The notes beneath the pieces were generated by a model. The model had not been told where the DNA came from, made no database searches, and saw only the letters and a program-made list of their open reading frames with translations. Shown here piece after piece: positions 10,262 to 18,700 of a DNA stretch of 64,000 bases (the stretch's first letter is position 1; each line of letters begins with the position of its first letter). The position numbers and the translations under genes are program-made. The stretch comes from Candidatus Marisimplicoccus framensis (GTDB lineage: Bacteria; Bacteroidota; Bacteroidia; Flavobacteriales; Flavobacteriaceae): contig JBELLF010000001.1 in the NCBI GenBank assembly GCA_042088875.1, positions 970 to 64,969 on the forward strand, in the 5' to 3' direction.

Positions 10262-11688
10262 TTATTTATATCTGGTAATACTAATTGGTTTAGTGGACTA
10301 TCTTGAGCCATTATCACTTCAATCTCATCTGACCTTCTAGGTGCATCAATAGAAAGATTTACAGGACCAGAGCTTGTAATTAAAATATCATCTTCAATTC
10401 TAACACCAATATTCCACCATTTTGGGTCTGTATTACTGTTTTTAGGAATATATATACCTGGTTCGACTGTTATAACCATGTTTTCTATTAAGTCCCTTGA
10501 GCCAGGATCATGGACATCAAGACCAATATGATGAGAAACTCCATGAGGATAATATTTTCTAGCTTCTCTAAAATCATTGATTATCCCCAAATCAATAAGT
10601 CCTTTTGCAATTATATCATAGCTTTTTAAGTATATATCATTGAAGCTATTGCCAATGATTGCTTCTTTAATTGCCTCTTCTTGAGACTTATATACAAGGT
10701 CATAGATTTTTTTTTGTTCATTGTTGAATTTACCGTTAACTGGTATTGTTCTGGTTACATCTGCAGTGTAACCCCTATATTCAGCACCAACATCCATTAA
10801 AATAAGTTTATCCTTTATATCCAAATCCTCATTTGTCACATAATGTATCATGCATGCATTACCCCCTGCCCCAACAATAGAATTATATCCTTCATGAGCA
10901 GCACCATATTTTCTATAGATAAATTCATGAATTCCCTGAACTTCTCTCTCTGTCATGTCATTATGAATCGCTCTCATTACCTCAATTTGAGCAAGAGCTG
11001 ATATTCTAATAGCTTTTGTTAAGAGCTCGATCTCTTGGGGATCTTTTGTTTGCCTTAGCTTAGACATTATTTGATTAATTGAACTACTAAAAAACTCTTT
11101 ATTTAAATCTCCAAGCATGTCAGATTCTTTTTTACTTACTATCTCTTGAAACTTATTTTGAATGTCAAAAAGATCATATTTATCGTCTTTAAAGTCTCTA
11201 ACATCATCTCGAATATTAGTATTTAAAATATTTGTAAAGTTTTCTATTGGGATTGTATTTTCAATAAATTCAGACCTAAGTTTTACTCTATCAAATGACA
11301 TCTTCTTAGCACCTTTTATACCCAATCTTCTTCCATCCCACATTTCACGGTATTCATTTCTCTCTCTTACATACATAATCTCATTGTATGATCCATCACT
11401 ATCAAATTGATCATCTTTAAAAATTACAAGAACACCATGGGGTTCTCTCCATCCTGTTAAATAATAAAAATTAGGATCTTGATGATACATGTAGTCAGTA
11501 TCGTTTGATCTTTTCATAATTGGTGAAGTGAAAATAAATGCAATACTATTTGTGGGCATTAGAGATCTAAATTCTTGTCTTTTTTTCTTGTGAAATTCAG
11601 GACCTAAATCATCAAAGTATTCTTGAGTATATGTATAATTAATAGACAATAAAATCAATAGTAAAAAAAGAGTATTTTTGAATCTCAT
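10258..11688 (-). CDS. Exported Xaa-Pro aminopeptidase (M24B, aminopeptidase P family)
   Basis: 476 aa. Signal-peptide-like N-terminus (MRFKNTLFLLLILLSINYTYTQ) and metal-ligand blocks HGVSHHIGLDVHD and VEPGIY. Confidence 0.85.
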   Translation of the reverse strand: MRFKNTLFLLLILLSINYTYTQEYFDDLGPEFHKKKRQEFRSLMPTNSIAFIFTSPIMKRSNDTDYMYHQDPNFYYLTGWREPHGVLVIFKDDQFDSDGSYNEIMYVRERNEYREMWDGRRLGIKGAKKMSFDRVKLRSEFIENTIPIENFTNILNTNIRDDVRDFKDDKYDLFDIQNKFQEIVSKKESDMLGDLNKEFFSSSINQIMSKLRQTKDPQEIELLTKAIRISALAQIEVMRAIHNDMTEREVQGIHEFIYRKYGAAHEGYNSIVGAGGNACMIHYVTNEDLDIKDKLILMDVGAEYRGYTADVTRTIPVNGKFNNEQKKIYDLVYKSQEEAIKEAIIGNSFNDIYLKSYDIIAKGLIDLGIINDFREARKYYPHGVSHHIGLDVHDPGSRDLIENMVITVEPGIYIPKNSNTDPKWWNIGVRIEDDILITSSGPVNLSIDAPRRSDEIEVIMAQDSPLNQLVLPDINN

Positions 11689-11712
11689 GTTTATAAATTT
11701 TAACCCAAATTA

Positions 11713-12783
11713 ATGAAAAAAACAGTTTTATTAGATAAGCATATAAAATTAGGAGCAAAAATTGTTGATTTTGCTGGTTTTAAGATGCCGATAAGTTATA
11801 GCTCAGTGACTGACGAGCATAATCATGTTAGAGAAAATATTGGAGTATTTGATGTTTCTCACATGGGTGAGTTTGAGATATCAGGTAAGAATTCCGATAG
11901 GTTTATTCAATTCATTTGTTCTAATGATATCATGAAACTCAAACCAGGTAAAGCTCAATATAACTGTTTGGTAAATCATAGAGGAGGAATAATTGACGAC
12001 TTGATAGTTTACAAAATAGAAGAAGAAAAGTTTTTATTGGTTGTTAATGCCTCTAACATAGATAAAGACCTTAATTGGATCAAAAGTCTAAATAAAGAGT
12101 ATAATTGTTCGATTAATAATTTATCAGACAAAACATCTCTTCTTGCTGTTCAAGGACCAAAGGCTAACTTATTATGTGAGAGATTTACCAAAGAAGATTT
12201 AGAGTCTTTATCTAACTATTCATTTTTAATGGGAACATTTGCTGGGATTGATAATGTAATAATATCAAAGACAGGTTACACAGGATCAGGAGGTTTTGAA
12301 TTATATGTATCTAATGATAATGTTGAGCACATTTGGGATGAACTTTTTAGTGTTGAAAATCTTGAAGTTAAGCCTATAGGTCTTGCTGCTAGAGATACAT
12401 TAAGACTAGAAATGGGTTATTGTCTCTATGGAAACGATATAAATGAATCAGTAACTCCAATTGAGGCAAGCCTCGGGTGGATAACAAAAGTAGATACAAA
12501 TTTTATTGGTTCTAAGTCAATTAAAAAACAAATTGAAAATGGAATTAAGAAAAAATTAGTTGGATTTGTAATTAATGATAAAGGTATTCCAAGAAAAGGT
12601 TACGAAATTTTTGATGAATCAGAAAAGCTAATTGGAGAAGTAACTTCTGGGACATTTTCTCCAGTTCTTAAGAAAGGTATTGGTCTTGCATACATAGAAA
12701 AATATATATCTTCAAAAGAAATTTATCTAAAGATTAGAAACAATTTCATCAAATTAGAGGTTGTAAAAACTCCGTTTATATAA
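11713..12783 (+). CDS. gcvT: Glycine cleavage system aminomethyltransferase T
   Basis: 356 aa. Family text FDVSHMGEF and TGYTGSGGFELY. Confidence 0.93.
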   Translation: MKKTVLLDKHIKLGAKIVDFAGFKMPISYSSVTDEHNHVRENIGVFDVSHMGEFEISGKNSDRFIQFICSNDIMKLKPGKAQYNCLVNHRGGIIDDLIVYKIEEEKFLLVVNASNIDKDLNWIKSLNKEYNCSINNLSDKTSLLAVQGPKANLLCERFTKEDLESLSNYSFLMGTFAGIDNVIISKTGYTGSGGFELYVSNDNVEHIWDELFSVENLEVKPIGLAARDTLRLEMGYCLYGNDINESVTPIEASLGWITKVDTNFIGSKSIKKQIENGIKKKLVGFVINDKGIPRKGYEIFDESEKLIGEVTSGTFSPVLKKGIGLAYIEKYISSKEIYLKIRNNFIKLEVVKTPFI

Positions 12784-12786
12784 ATT

Positions 12787-13494
12787 ATGGGAAGGGCATT
12801 TGAATTTAGAAAAGCGAGAAAAATGAAAAGATGGTCAAACATGGCCAAAACTTTCACAAGGATTGGAAGGGAGATAATAATAGCAGTAAAGGAGTCAGGT
12901 CCTGATCCATCTTCAAATTCAAGATTAAGAGCTATCATTCAAAATGCAAAGGCAGTTAATATGCCCAAGGATAATATAGAAAGAGCAATTAAGAAAGCAT
13001 CAGAAAAAAGTACAGATAATTTCAAAGAAATATTATTAGAAGGGTATGCTCCTCATGGTATTGCAATTCTAGTTGAAGCTGCAACAGATAACAATAACAG
13101 AACTGTTGCAAACATAAGGAGTTATTTTAATAAGTGTGAAGGAAATCTTGCCACTTCAGGGTCAGTAGATTTTTTATTTAATCATTTGTGTTTTTTTCAA
13201 ATTAAAAATTTAGGAATTGATACAGAAGAGCTCGAACTAGATTTAATTGATTTTGGTATAGTAGATTTTAATATCCAAGATGATGAGATTAACATTACAG
13301 CAAATTTTGAAGATTTTGGATCATTGCAAAAAGAGTTAGAGAGGCGTAGACTAGATATTCTTTCTAGTGAATTTGAAAGAGAAGCTATTAATATTAAAAG
13401 CATCAAAGAGGATCAAAAAATAATAGTTGATAAATTAATAAACCTAATAGATGAAGATGAAGATGTTCAGAATGTATACCATGATATGGGGTAA
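12787..13494 (+). CDS. YebC/PmpR family DNA-binding regulator
   Basis: 235 aa. Characteristic N-terminus MGRAFEFRKARKMKRW and full-length family architecture. Confidence 0.9.
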   Translation: MGRAFEFRKARKMKRWSNMAKTFTRIGREIIIAVKESGPDPSSNSRLRAIIQNAKAVNMPKDNIERAIKKASEKSTDNFKEILLEGYAPHGIAILVEAATDNNNRTVANIRSYFNKCEGNLATSGSVDFLFNHLCFFQIKNLGIDTEELELDLIDFGIVDFNIQDDEINITANFEDFGSLQKELERRRLDILSSEFEREAINIKSIKEDQKIIVDKLINLIDEDEDVQNVYHDMG

Positions 13495-13496
13495 AA

Positions 13497-14030
13497 TCAA
13501 TTTTTGTTTCTTTTTACCACATCCATCACTAAATCTTCAAGTTTTTTTATGTCATTTTCAAAATTTCCAGAAGGAAAAAATTTTTCATTAATATTTACTT
13601 CTTTTTTCATATGATCAAATGATACCATAACAATTGGAACTTCTGCACCCAAAGCTATATAATAAAATCCTGATTTCCATTTTTTTACAAATTTTCTAGT
13701 ACCCTCAGGAGCTATTGCTAGTATGTTAATAACATTTGATTCAAATAACTTAACTACAGATTCAACAAAATTATTTGTTATACTCCTATCAACGGGAATT
13801 CCACCAATTGATTTAAAGAAAAAAGAAGTAAAAGGGTTAAATAATTCTTTCTTACCAATAAACTTTATTCTTAAACCTAAATATGACCTAATTAATATTG
13901 CTATTACCAAATCAAATGATTTTGAATGAGGTACTACCGCAATAATATATTTTTTATCATTAGGTAGTAAACCATTAAGTTTCCAACCTAAAATTTTTGT
14001 AAGAATTATTTTAGAAAAAAATTTAAGCAT
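13497..14030 (-). CDS. Lysophospholipid (PlsC-like) acyltransferase
   Basis: 177 aa. HX4D motif (HSKSFD) and PEGTR motif. Its start overlaps the kdsB stop by 8 nt. Confidence 0.75.
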   Translation of the reverse strand: MLKFFSKIILTKILGWKLNGLLPNDKKYIIAVVPHSKSFDLVIAILIRSYLGLRIKFIGKKELFNPFTSFFFKSIGGIPVDRSITNNFVESVVKLFESNVINILAIAPEGTRKFVKKWKSGFYYIALGAEVPIVMVSFDHMKKEVNINEKFFPSGNFENDIKKLEDLVMDVVKRNKN

Positions 14031-14745
14031 TCTTAGAAAGATATTTTTCAGCGTCTATGAAATCTTTTTTAGTATCTATTGATATTCCATGAAAGTCAAT
14101 TTTAATCATTTTAATGGGGATTAAATTATCTATTGCTCTATTACCCTCAAGATTTTGAGAAATTTCATTTTTTGATCTATTTAAACTTGAAAAGTTAATT
14201 AAAGTGTTTTTTCTAAATGCATATACTCCTATATGTCTATTAAATTTTTTTATTTCATTTTCTCCTTCAGGAATTGGTGATCTTGAAAAAAAAATTGCAT
14301 TATTATTTTTATCTACAGTCACTTTGACATTATTTGGATTATTAATTTCATCAAATGAATTAAAACTAGTCATTAATGAAGACATTTTTACACTATTATC
14401 CTGAAAAGATGAAATCAAATTATCAATTGCATCAATGTTTATGAATGGCTCATCGCCTTGTAAATTAACTACAATATCATGATCAATTTCTTTAGCTGCT
14501 TCAGCAATTCTGTCTGTACCTGATCGATGAATCTGTCTTGATTTAAATGTTAACCCATTTTTAGATTTAATTAAATCAATTATTTCATTATTTCCACTTA
14601 CTACATAAACTTGATCAAATAGTTTGCTATTTAATGCAGCTAAATATGTCCTAACTATAACTGGAACTCCATCAAGCTTTTTAATTAATTTATTTGGAAA
14701 CCTTTCAGACTCAAGCCTTGCAGGAATTAATGCAATAGTTTTCAT
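14023..14745 (-). CDS. kdsB: 3-deoxy-manno-octulosonate cytidylyltransferase
   Basis: 240 aa. IPARLESERFPNKL, GTDRIAEA and LQGDEPF blocks. Confidence 0.9.
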   Translation of the reverse strand: MKTIALIPARLESERFPNKLIKKLDGVPVIVRTYLAALNSKLFDQVYVVSGNNEIIDLIKSKNGLTFKSRQIHRSGTDRIAEAAKEIDHDIVVNLQGDEPFINIDAIDNLISSFQDNSVKMSSLMTSFNSFDEINNPNNVKVTVDKNNNAIFFSRSPIPEGENEIKKFNRHIGVYAFRKNTLINFSSLNRSKNEISQNLEGNRAIDNLIPIKMIKIDFHGISIDTKKDFIDAEKYLSKNA

Positions 14746-14804
14746 TTAAAATATTTTTCTAATATAATTCATTTATATATTGTTTTATGAAAAAAAAAAA
14801 ATTG

Positions 14805-14812
14805 TAGATTTG
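14805..14812 (+). promoter_or_regulatory. Bacteroidota sigma-A -7 box (TAGATTTG) for the 14834 gene
   Basis: Exact TAnnTTTG match in intergenic DNA, 21 nt upstream of ATG 14834. A TTG lies 22 nt further upstream (14780-14782). Confidence 0.5.
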
Positions 14813-14833
14813 TTAAAATCAAAAATTACTAAC

Positions 14834-15490
14834 ATGAACAAAAAACGTGGTATAGAATTATTTCTTTGGGCATTATCTATTTTTTTTGCAGCTCAAATAT
14901 ACAGTTCAATTAATGGTCCTATAAAATTTAATAAAGTTAAAAATGAAAGGTACTCAAAAGTCATCGAAAGACTAAAGGATATAAAAACTGCCCAGATTGC
15001 TCATAAAGACGTAAAAGGTTTCTATGCAAGTAATTTTGATAGTCTTGTAAATTTTATCGATAACGGTATATTTACTTTAATTGAAAAAAGAGACTCTTCT
15101 TATCTACAATATGACAGAACTTACAGAATTGATATGCTTAGAGAAGTTACTATAGTAGACACTTTAGGTTTTGTTTCTATTAAGGATTCATTATTTGGTC
15201 AAGATGAAAGATACAAAATGATGGCAAATGTTCCAATTGAGGGATTGGATACAAAGTTTTCAATTCAAGCTGATATAATTGATAAAAATGGTTATCAAGT
15301 TCCTGTTTTTGAGGTAAAAGTCAAAAAAGATGTTATACTTTATGATCAAAATAAAGATTTACTTGAGCAAGAGAATAAAGTTATTTCAGTTGATGGTGTA
15401 AATGGAAGTGAAATAATTCTTGGATCAATGACTGAGGTTAGTATAAACGGAAACTGGCCATCTATTTTTGATGCAAAAAACGATCAATAA
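14834..15490 (+). CDS. Hypothetical membrane-anchored protein (pilin-like N-terminal helix)
   Basis: Start set at ATG 14834 (MNKKRGIELFLWALSIFFAAQIYSS...). The ORF-track TTG at 14780 lies upstream of the predicted promoter box. One N-terminal hydrophobic helix followed by an amphipathic helix. I recognise no family. Confidence 0.5.
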   Translation: MNKKRGIELFLWALSIFFAAQIYSSINGPIKFNKVKNERYSKVIERLKDIKTAQIAHKDVKGFYASNFDSLVNFIDNGIFTLIEKRDSSYLQYDRTYRIDMLREVTIVDTLGFVSIKDSLFGQDERYKMMANVPIEGLDTKFSIQADIIDKNGYQVPVFEVKVKKDVILYDQNKDLLEQENKVISVDGVNGSEIILGSMTEVSINGNWPSIFDAKNDQ

Positions 15491-16220
15491 TATTCATAAA
15501 TTAACTGTTTATCAATATAAATCAGGTATTATATTTAGATCACCTGATAATTCTTTCACCCTAAATATTAATAGTAAAAATCTTGAATCTGATTTTCTAG
15601 TCTCTATTTCTAACTTTAATATTGACACAATTGAGTTAATATTTTTTTCGAGTATACCATCTATTGTTCCTTCAAAATTATTTGATGAAAAGCTAAGAAA
15701 TAAATATTTAGAGACTAACACCTCAATTAAAGATAATATTCAACATGAATTATCTATAGATAAAAAAATTGCTGTTGTTTATTCATATGACAAGCTTTTT
15801 GCAAATATTTTAAGTCAAAATAACATTAAATATTCTACAATGAGTTATTTTACAATTCTATATAACTATCTATTTAAAAAAGATAAAATTTCTGATGGAT
15901 TTTCTCTATATATAAATTTTAATGAAAACTCTTTTGATATATTAATATTTGACTCAAAAGAATTTATTTATTTTAACTCTTTTGATATCAAGGACAAAAT
16001 CGAATTTTTATATTACCTATTGTTTGTTGTTAAAAATTATGAAATTTCAAATGAAAAAGATAAAATTATATTTCTAGGCAGATATGATAAATATTCAGAA
16101 TACTATGAAATTGCTAACAAATATTCTAAACTTGATTATATTCATGTTGATAGCGGTAATCAATTCAATTTAAAATCACCTTTCTTTTCTTATTTAAATG
16201 AGGATAATATCAGGAAATAA
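15468..16220 (+). CDS. Hypothetical protein, probably DUF3822-like (Bacteroidota-specific)
   Basis: 250 aa. Overlaps the upstream gene by 23 nt and rsmD by 23 nt. Size, position just upstream of rsmD and N-terminal text resemble my recollection of DUF3822. Unverified. Confidence 0.45.
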   Translation: MMQKTINNIHKLTVYQYKSGIIFRSPDNSFTLNINSKNLESDFLVSISNFNIDTIELIFFSSIPSIVPSKLFDEKLRNKYLETNTSIKDNIQHELSIDKKIAVVYSYDKLFANILSQNNIKYSTMSYFTILYNYLFKKDKISDGFSLYINFNENSFDILIFDSKEFIYFNSFDIKDKIEFLYYLLFVVKNYEISNEKDKIIFLGRYDKYSEYYEIANKYSKLDYIHVDSGNQFNLKSPFFSYLNEDNIRK

Positions 16221-16743
16221 AAAAAGCATAGTTATTAATGCACCAAAAAATCTTCCTGTTAGACCAACCACAGATAAAGTAAAAGAGTCGCTTTTTAATA
16301 TTATTCAAAATAAATTTGAATTAAAAAATTGCAGGGTTCTTGATATTTTTTCTGGAACTGGTAATATTTCCTATGAATTTGGTTCTAGAGGATGCAATGA
16401 TATATTATCTGTTGATAATAATTTTAACTGTATAAGATTTATAAATAAAACTGTAAAAAAATTAGAAATTAAAGTCAGGACAAAAAGAATTGATTATTTA
16501 TCATTCTTAAAAAGTAATAAAGAAAGATTTAACATAATTTTCGCTGATCCACCATATAGTTTTAAATTAAAAGATTACCATGAGATTATTGATATAATAA
16601 AAAAAAATAAGATACTAGCAGAAGATGGTGAACTAATAATTGAGCATCATTCTAATATTTCATTTATTGATAAGGTTAAAGAGGTAGATGAGAGAAATTA
16701 CGGATCTAGCTCTTTATCATTTTTTAAAAAAGCAAGCCTGTAA
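16198..16743 (+). CDS. rsmD: 16S rRNA (guanine966-N2)-methyltransferase
   Basis: 181 aa. N-terminal RIISG, SAM motif LDIFSGTGNIS and DPPY motif (FADPPYSF). Confidence 0.85.
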   Translation: MRIISGNKKSIVINAPKNLPVRPTTDKVKESLFNIIQNKFELKNCRVLDIFSGTGNISYEFGSRGCNDILSVDNNFNCIRFINKTVKKLEIKVRTKRIDYLSFLKSNKERFNIIFADPPYSFKLKDYHEIIDIIKKNKILAEDGELIIEHHSNISFIDKVKEVDERNYGSSSLSFFKKASL

Positions 16744-17013
16744 GCCGGATTCTGTCAAGTCTTATCATTTATCTAGGAATAATATTACTATTATACTCAT
16801 ACCGCCTACCCTTCTACATAAAACGAGCAATTTTAAAGTGTAGATATACTTGGCGTTTCACCACACAGAGTTTACATGATTCCACTACAGCATAACCTGT
16901 ACATACTTTCTGTTGCACTATTCCTATCTATAAATAGATGACGGGAGTTACCCGCTGTGTTGCTCTATGGTGTCCGGACTTTCCTCTGAATAATCAGCGA
17001 TAAGACGGCTTGC
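16732..17013 (-). ncRNA. rnpB: RNase P RNA (bacterial type A, reduced size)
   Basis: The minus strand reads 5'-GCAAGCCGUCUUAUCGCUGAUUAUUCAGAGGAAAGUCCGGACACCAUAGAGC ... AGUGCAACAGAAAG ... GGUAAACUC ... GGGUAGGC ... CCUAGAUAAAUGAUAAGACUUGACAGAAUCCGGCUUACAGGCUUGC-3'. The universal P4 strands are present (GAGGAAAGUCCGG / ACAGAAUCCGGCUUA). P1 (GCAAGCC/GGCUUGC) and P2 (GUCUUAUC/GAUAAGAC) pair perfectly. The region is locally G+C-richer than its surroundings. Confidence 0.9.
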
Positions 17014-17017
17014 ATAA

Positions 17018-17025
17018 CAAAGATA
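17018..17025 (-). promoter_or_regulatory. -7 box (TATCTTTG) for rnpB
   Basis: Exact TAnnTTTG on the minus strand, 4 nt upstream of the first P1 nucleotide (17013). Confidence 0.55.
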
Positions 17026-17087
17026 ATACATGTTAATAATTTTGGTAAAAAAAGAATGTGAATTAGTTAAAATTTTTTTTCAATTTC

Positions 17088-17095
17088 TATATTTG
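17088..17095 (+). promoter_or_regulatory. -7 box (TATATTTG) for dnaX
   Basis: Exact TAnnTTTG, only 6 nt upstream of ATG 17102. Confidence 0.5.
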
Positions 17096-17101
17096 TTAAT
17101 A

Positions 17102-18700
17102 ATGAAAAACTCATCAATATCATCAGCTTCGGAGTATAGACCAAAGGATTTTAATGAAATGATTGGACAAGATGCAATTGTAAAAACACTTTCAAATGCA
17201 ATTAATAGTCAAAAAATACCTCAAGCACTTTTGTTTTGTGGTCCAAGAGGTGTAGGTAAAACTTCCTGTGCAAGAATTTTAGCCAAAAAGATAAATGATT
17301 TAGATGATAATTTTGAATATAACATATTTGAGCTTGACGCTGCATCAAATAACTCTGTTGAAGATATTAGAAGTATTACAGAACAGATTAGAATACCTCC
17401 TCAATATGGAAAATTTAAAGTATATATTATTGATGAGGTTCATATGTTATCAAACGCTGCTTTTAATGCATTTTTAAAATCATTAGAAGAACCTCCCCCA
17501 CATGTTGTTTTTATATTAGCAACTACTGAGAAGAATAAAATTATTCCAACAATACTTTCCAGATGTCAAATCTATGATTTTAAAAAAGTTAATAATGATT
17601 CTATTATTACACTCTTACATAAAATATGTAAAGAAAAAAAAATAAAGTTTGATGATACTTCATTAGATATAATAGCTGAAAAATCTGATGGTTCTATTAG
17701 AGACTCTTTGTCTATGTTTGATAGACTAGTAAGTTTTACTAATTCAAATTTAACTATTGATGAAGTAACCTCTAATCTAAATATATTGGATTATGAGTCT
17801 TATTTTGATCTGTCTTCATTAATTATTAATAAGGATGTACCTGGAATTCTATCTATGTATGATAAAGTTTATAATCGCGGTGTGGATGATGTTAATTTTC
17901 TTAATGGTGTCTCTAAACATTTTAGAGAGGCATTAATCAATAAATTAGATGGATCTGATATCAAAGATGATTTGAAAATGAAATATAAAAAACTAGGAGA
18001 TAATTTTAGGGATGAAGACCTAATACTAATAATTGATATAGTAAATAAGTGTCTTATAAATTACCAAAAGGTGAATGACAAAAGGATCCATACTGAAATT
18101 TGTTTATTGAAGTTAGCATCACTAGACAGTATCAAAAAAAAAAACTCTTTAATTAAAACTTCTGATTTTTCTAATCAAATTATTAAAGATCAGGAGGTAG
18201 ATAAAGTTTTACAAACAAATAAAGAAGAAAATAAACTCTTTACTTCAACTATTGACGAAGTCTCTTCATTATCATTAGCTAGTTTAAATTTTAAAAAATC
18301 TGAGAATATTAAAGGAGAGGATCAGATTGAATTACCTAATGATAATTTTACAGAAAATGATGTCAGAATTGCTTGGAAAAAATTCTGTGATATCGAAAAA
18401 GTAAATGGAAATAACAATATGTTTTCACTTCTTAATATGAATGTTCCAATAATCGAAAATAATTCAATAATAATTTCAACAATTAATAAGATGAGTCACA
18501 GAGAAGTTAAAGGTTATAAGAGTAAAATACAGGCTTTTATATCTAAAGAACTTAACAATTATAGCATTGATGTTGATGTATCTTTAAATGAGGTTAAACA
18601 GAAGAAAAACTATGTTGACAGTAAGGATAAGTTAAATGCATTGATAAAGCAGAATGGTGATATTTCTCTTCTTATTAATGAGTTTAAACTAAGAATTTAG
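17102..18700 (+). CDS. dnaX: DNA polymerase III subunit tau/gamma
   Basis: Start set at ATG 17102 (MKNSSISSASEYRPKDF). The ORF-track start at 17030 would run through the rnpB/dnaX promoter region. Walker A GPRGVGKTS, Walker B IIDEVHML, sensor LSRCQ. 532 aa. Confidence 0.9.
   Translation: MKNSSISSASEYRPKDFNEMIGQDAIVKTLSNAINSQKIPQALLFCGPRGVGKTSCARILAKKINDLDDNFEYNIFELDAASNNSVEDIRSITEQIRIPPQYGKFKVYIIDEVHMLSNAAFNAFLKSLEEPPPHVVFILATTEKNKIIPTILSRCQIYDFKKVNNDSIITLLHKICKEKKIKFDDTSLDIIAEKSDGSIRDSLSMFDRLVSFTNSNLTIDEVTSNLNILDYESYFDLSSLIINKDVPGILSMYDKVYNRGVDDVNFLNGVSKHFREALINKLDGSDIKDDLKMKYKKLGDNFRDEDLILIIDIVNKCLINYQKVNDKRIHTEICLLKLASLDSIKKKNSLIKTSDFSNQIIKDQEVDKVLQTNKEENKLFTSTIDEVSSLSLASLNFKKSENIKGEDQIELPNDNFTENDVRIAWKKFCDIEKVNGNNNMFSLLNMNVPIIENNSIIISTINKMSHREVKGYKSKIQAFISKELNNYSIDVDVSLNEVKQKKNYVDSKDKLNALIKQNGDISLLINEFKLRI

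Noticed and set aside
14790-14801. An A12 homopolymer in the kdsB / 14834-gene intergenic region, considered as a phase-variation tract in a promoter spacer.
   Set aside because: Long A/T runs are common throughout this AT-rich sequence, and the downstream gene is not a typical contingency locus. Variation cannot be judged from a single sequence.
14780-14833. The TTG-initiated extension of the 14834 gene. I treated the extension of the LTXXQ protein gene (58382-58435) and the TTG start of rpsA (26093) the same way.
   Set aside because: In each case an ATG follows an exact TAnnTTTG box or begins a clean signal peptide or family N-terminus. The extensions would start upstream of, or inside, the predicted promoter element.
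15065-15085. An internal GIFTLIE heptapeptide resembling the prepilin peptidase motif G/FTLIE.
   Set aside because: It is about 77 residues into the protein and is followed by charged residues (KRDSS) rather than a hydrophobic helix. I take it as coincidental.
17030-17101. The 24-codon N-terminal extension of dnaX in the ORF track (MLIILVKKECELVKIFFQFLYLLI).
   Set aside because: It spans the rnpB promoter region and the dnaX -7 box. Conserved DnaX text begins right after ATG 17102.
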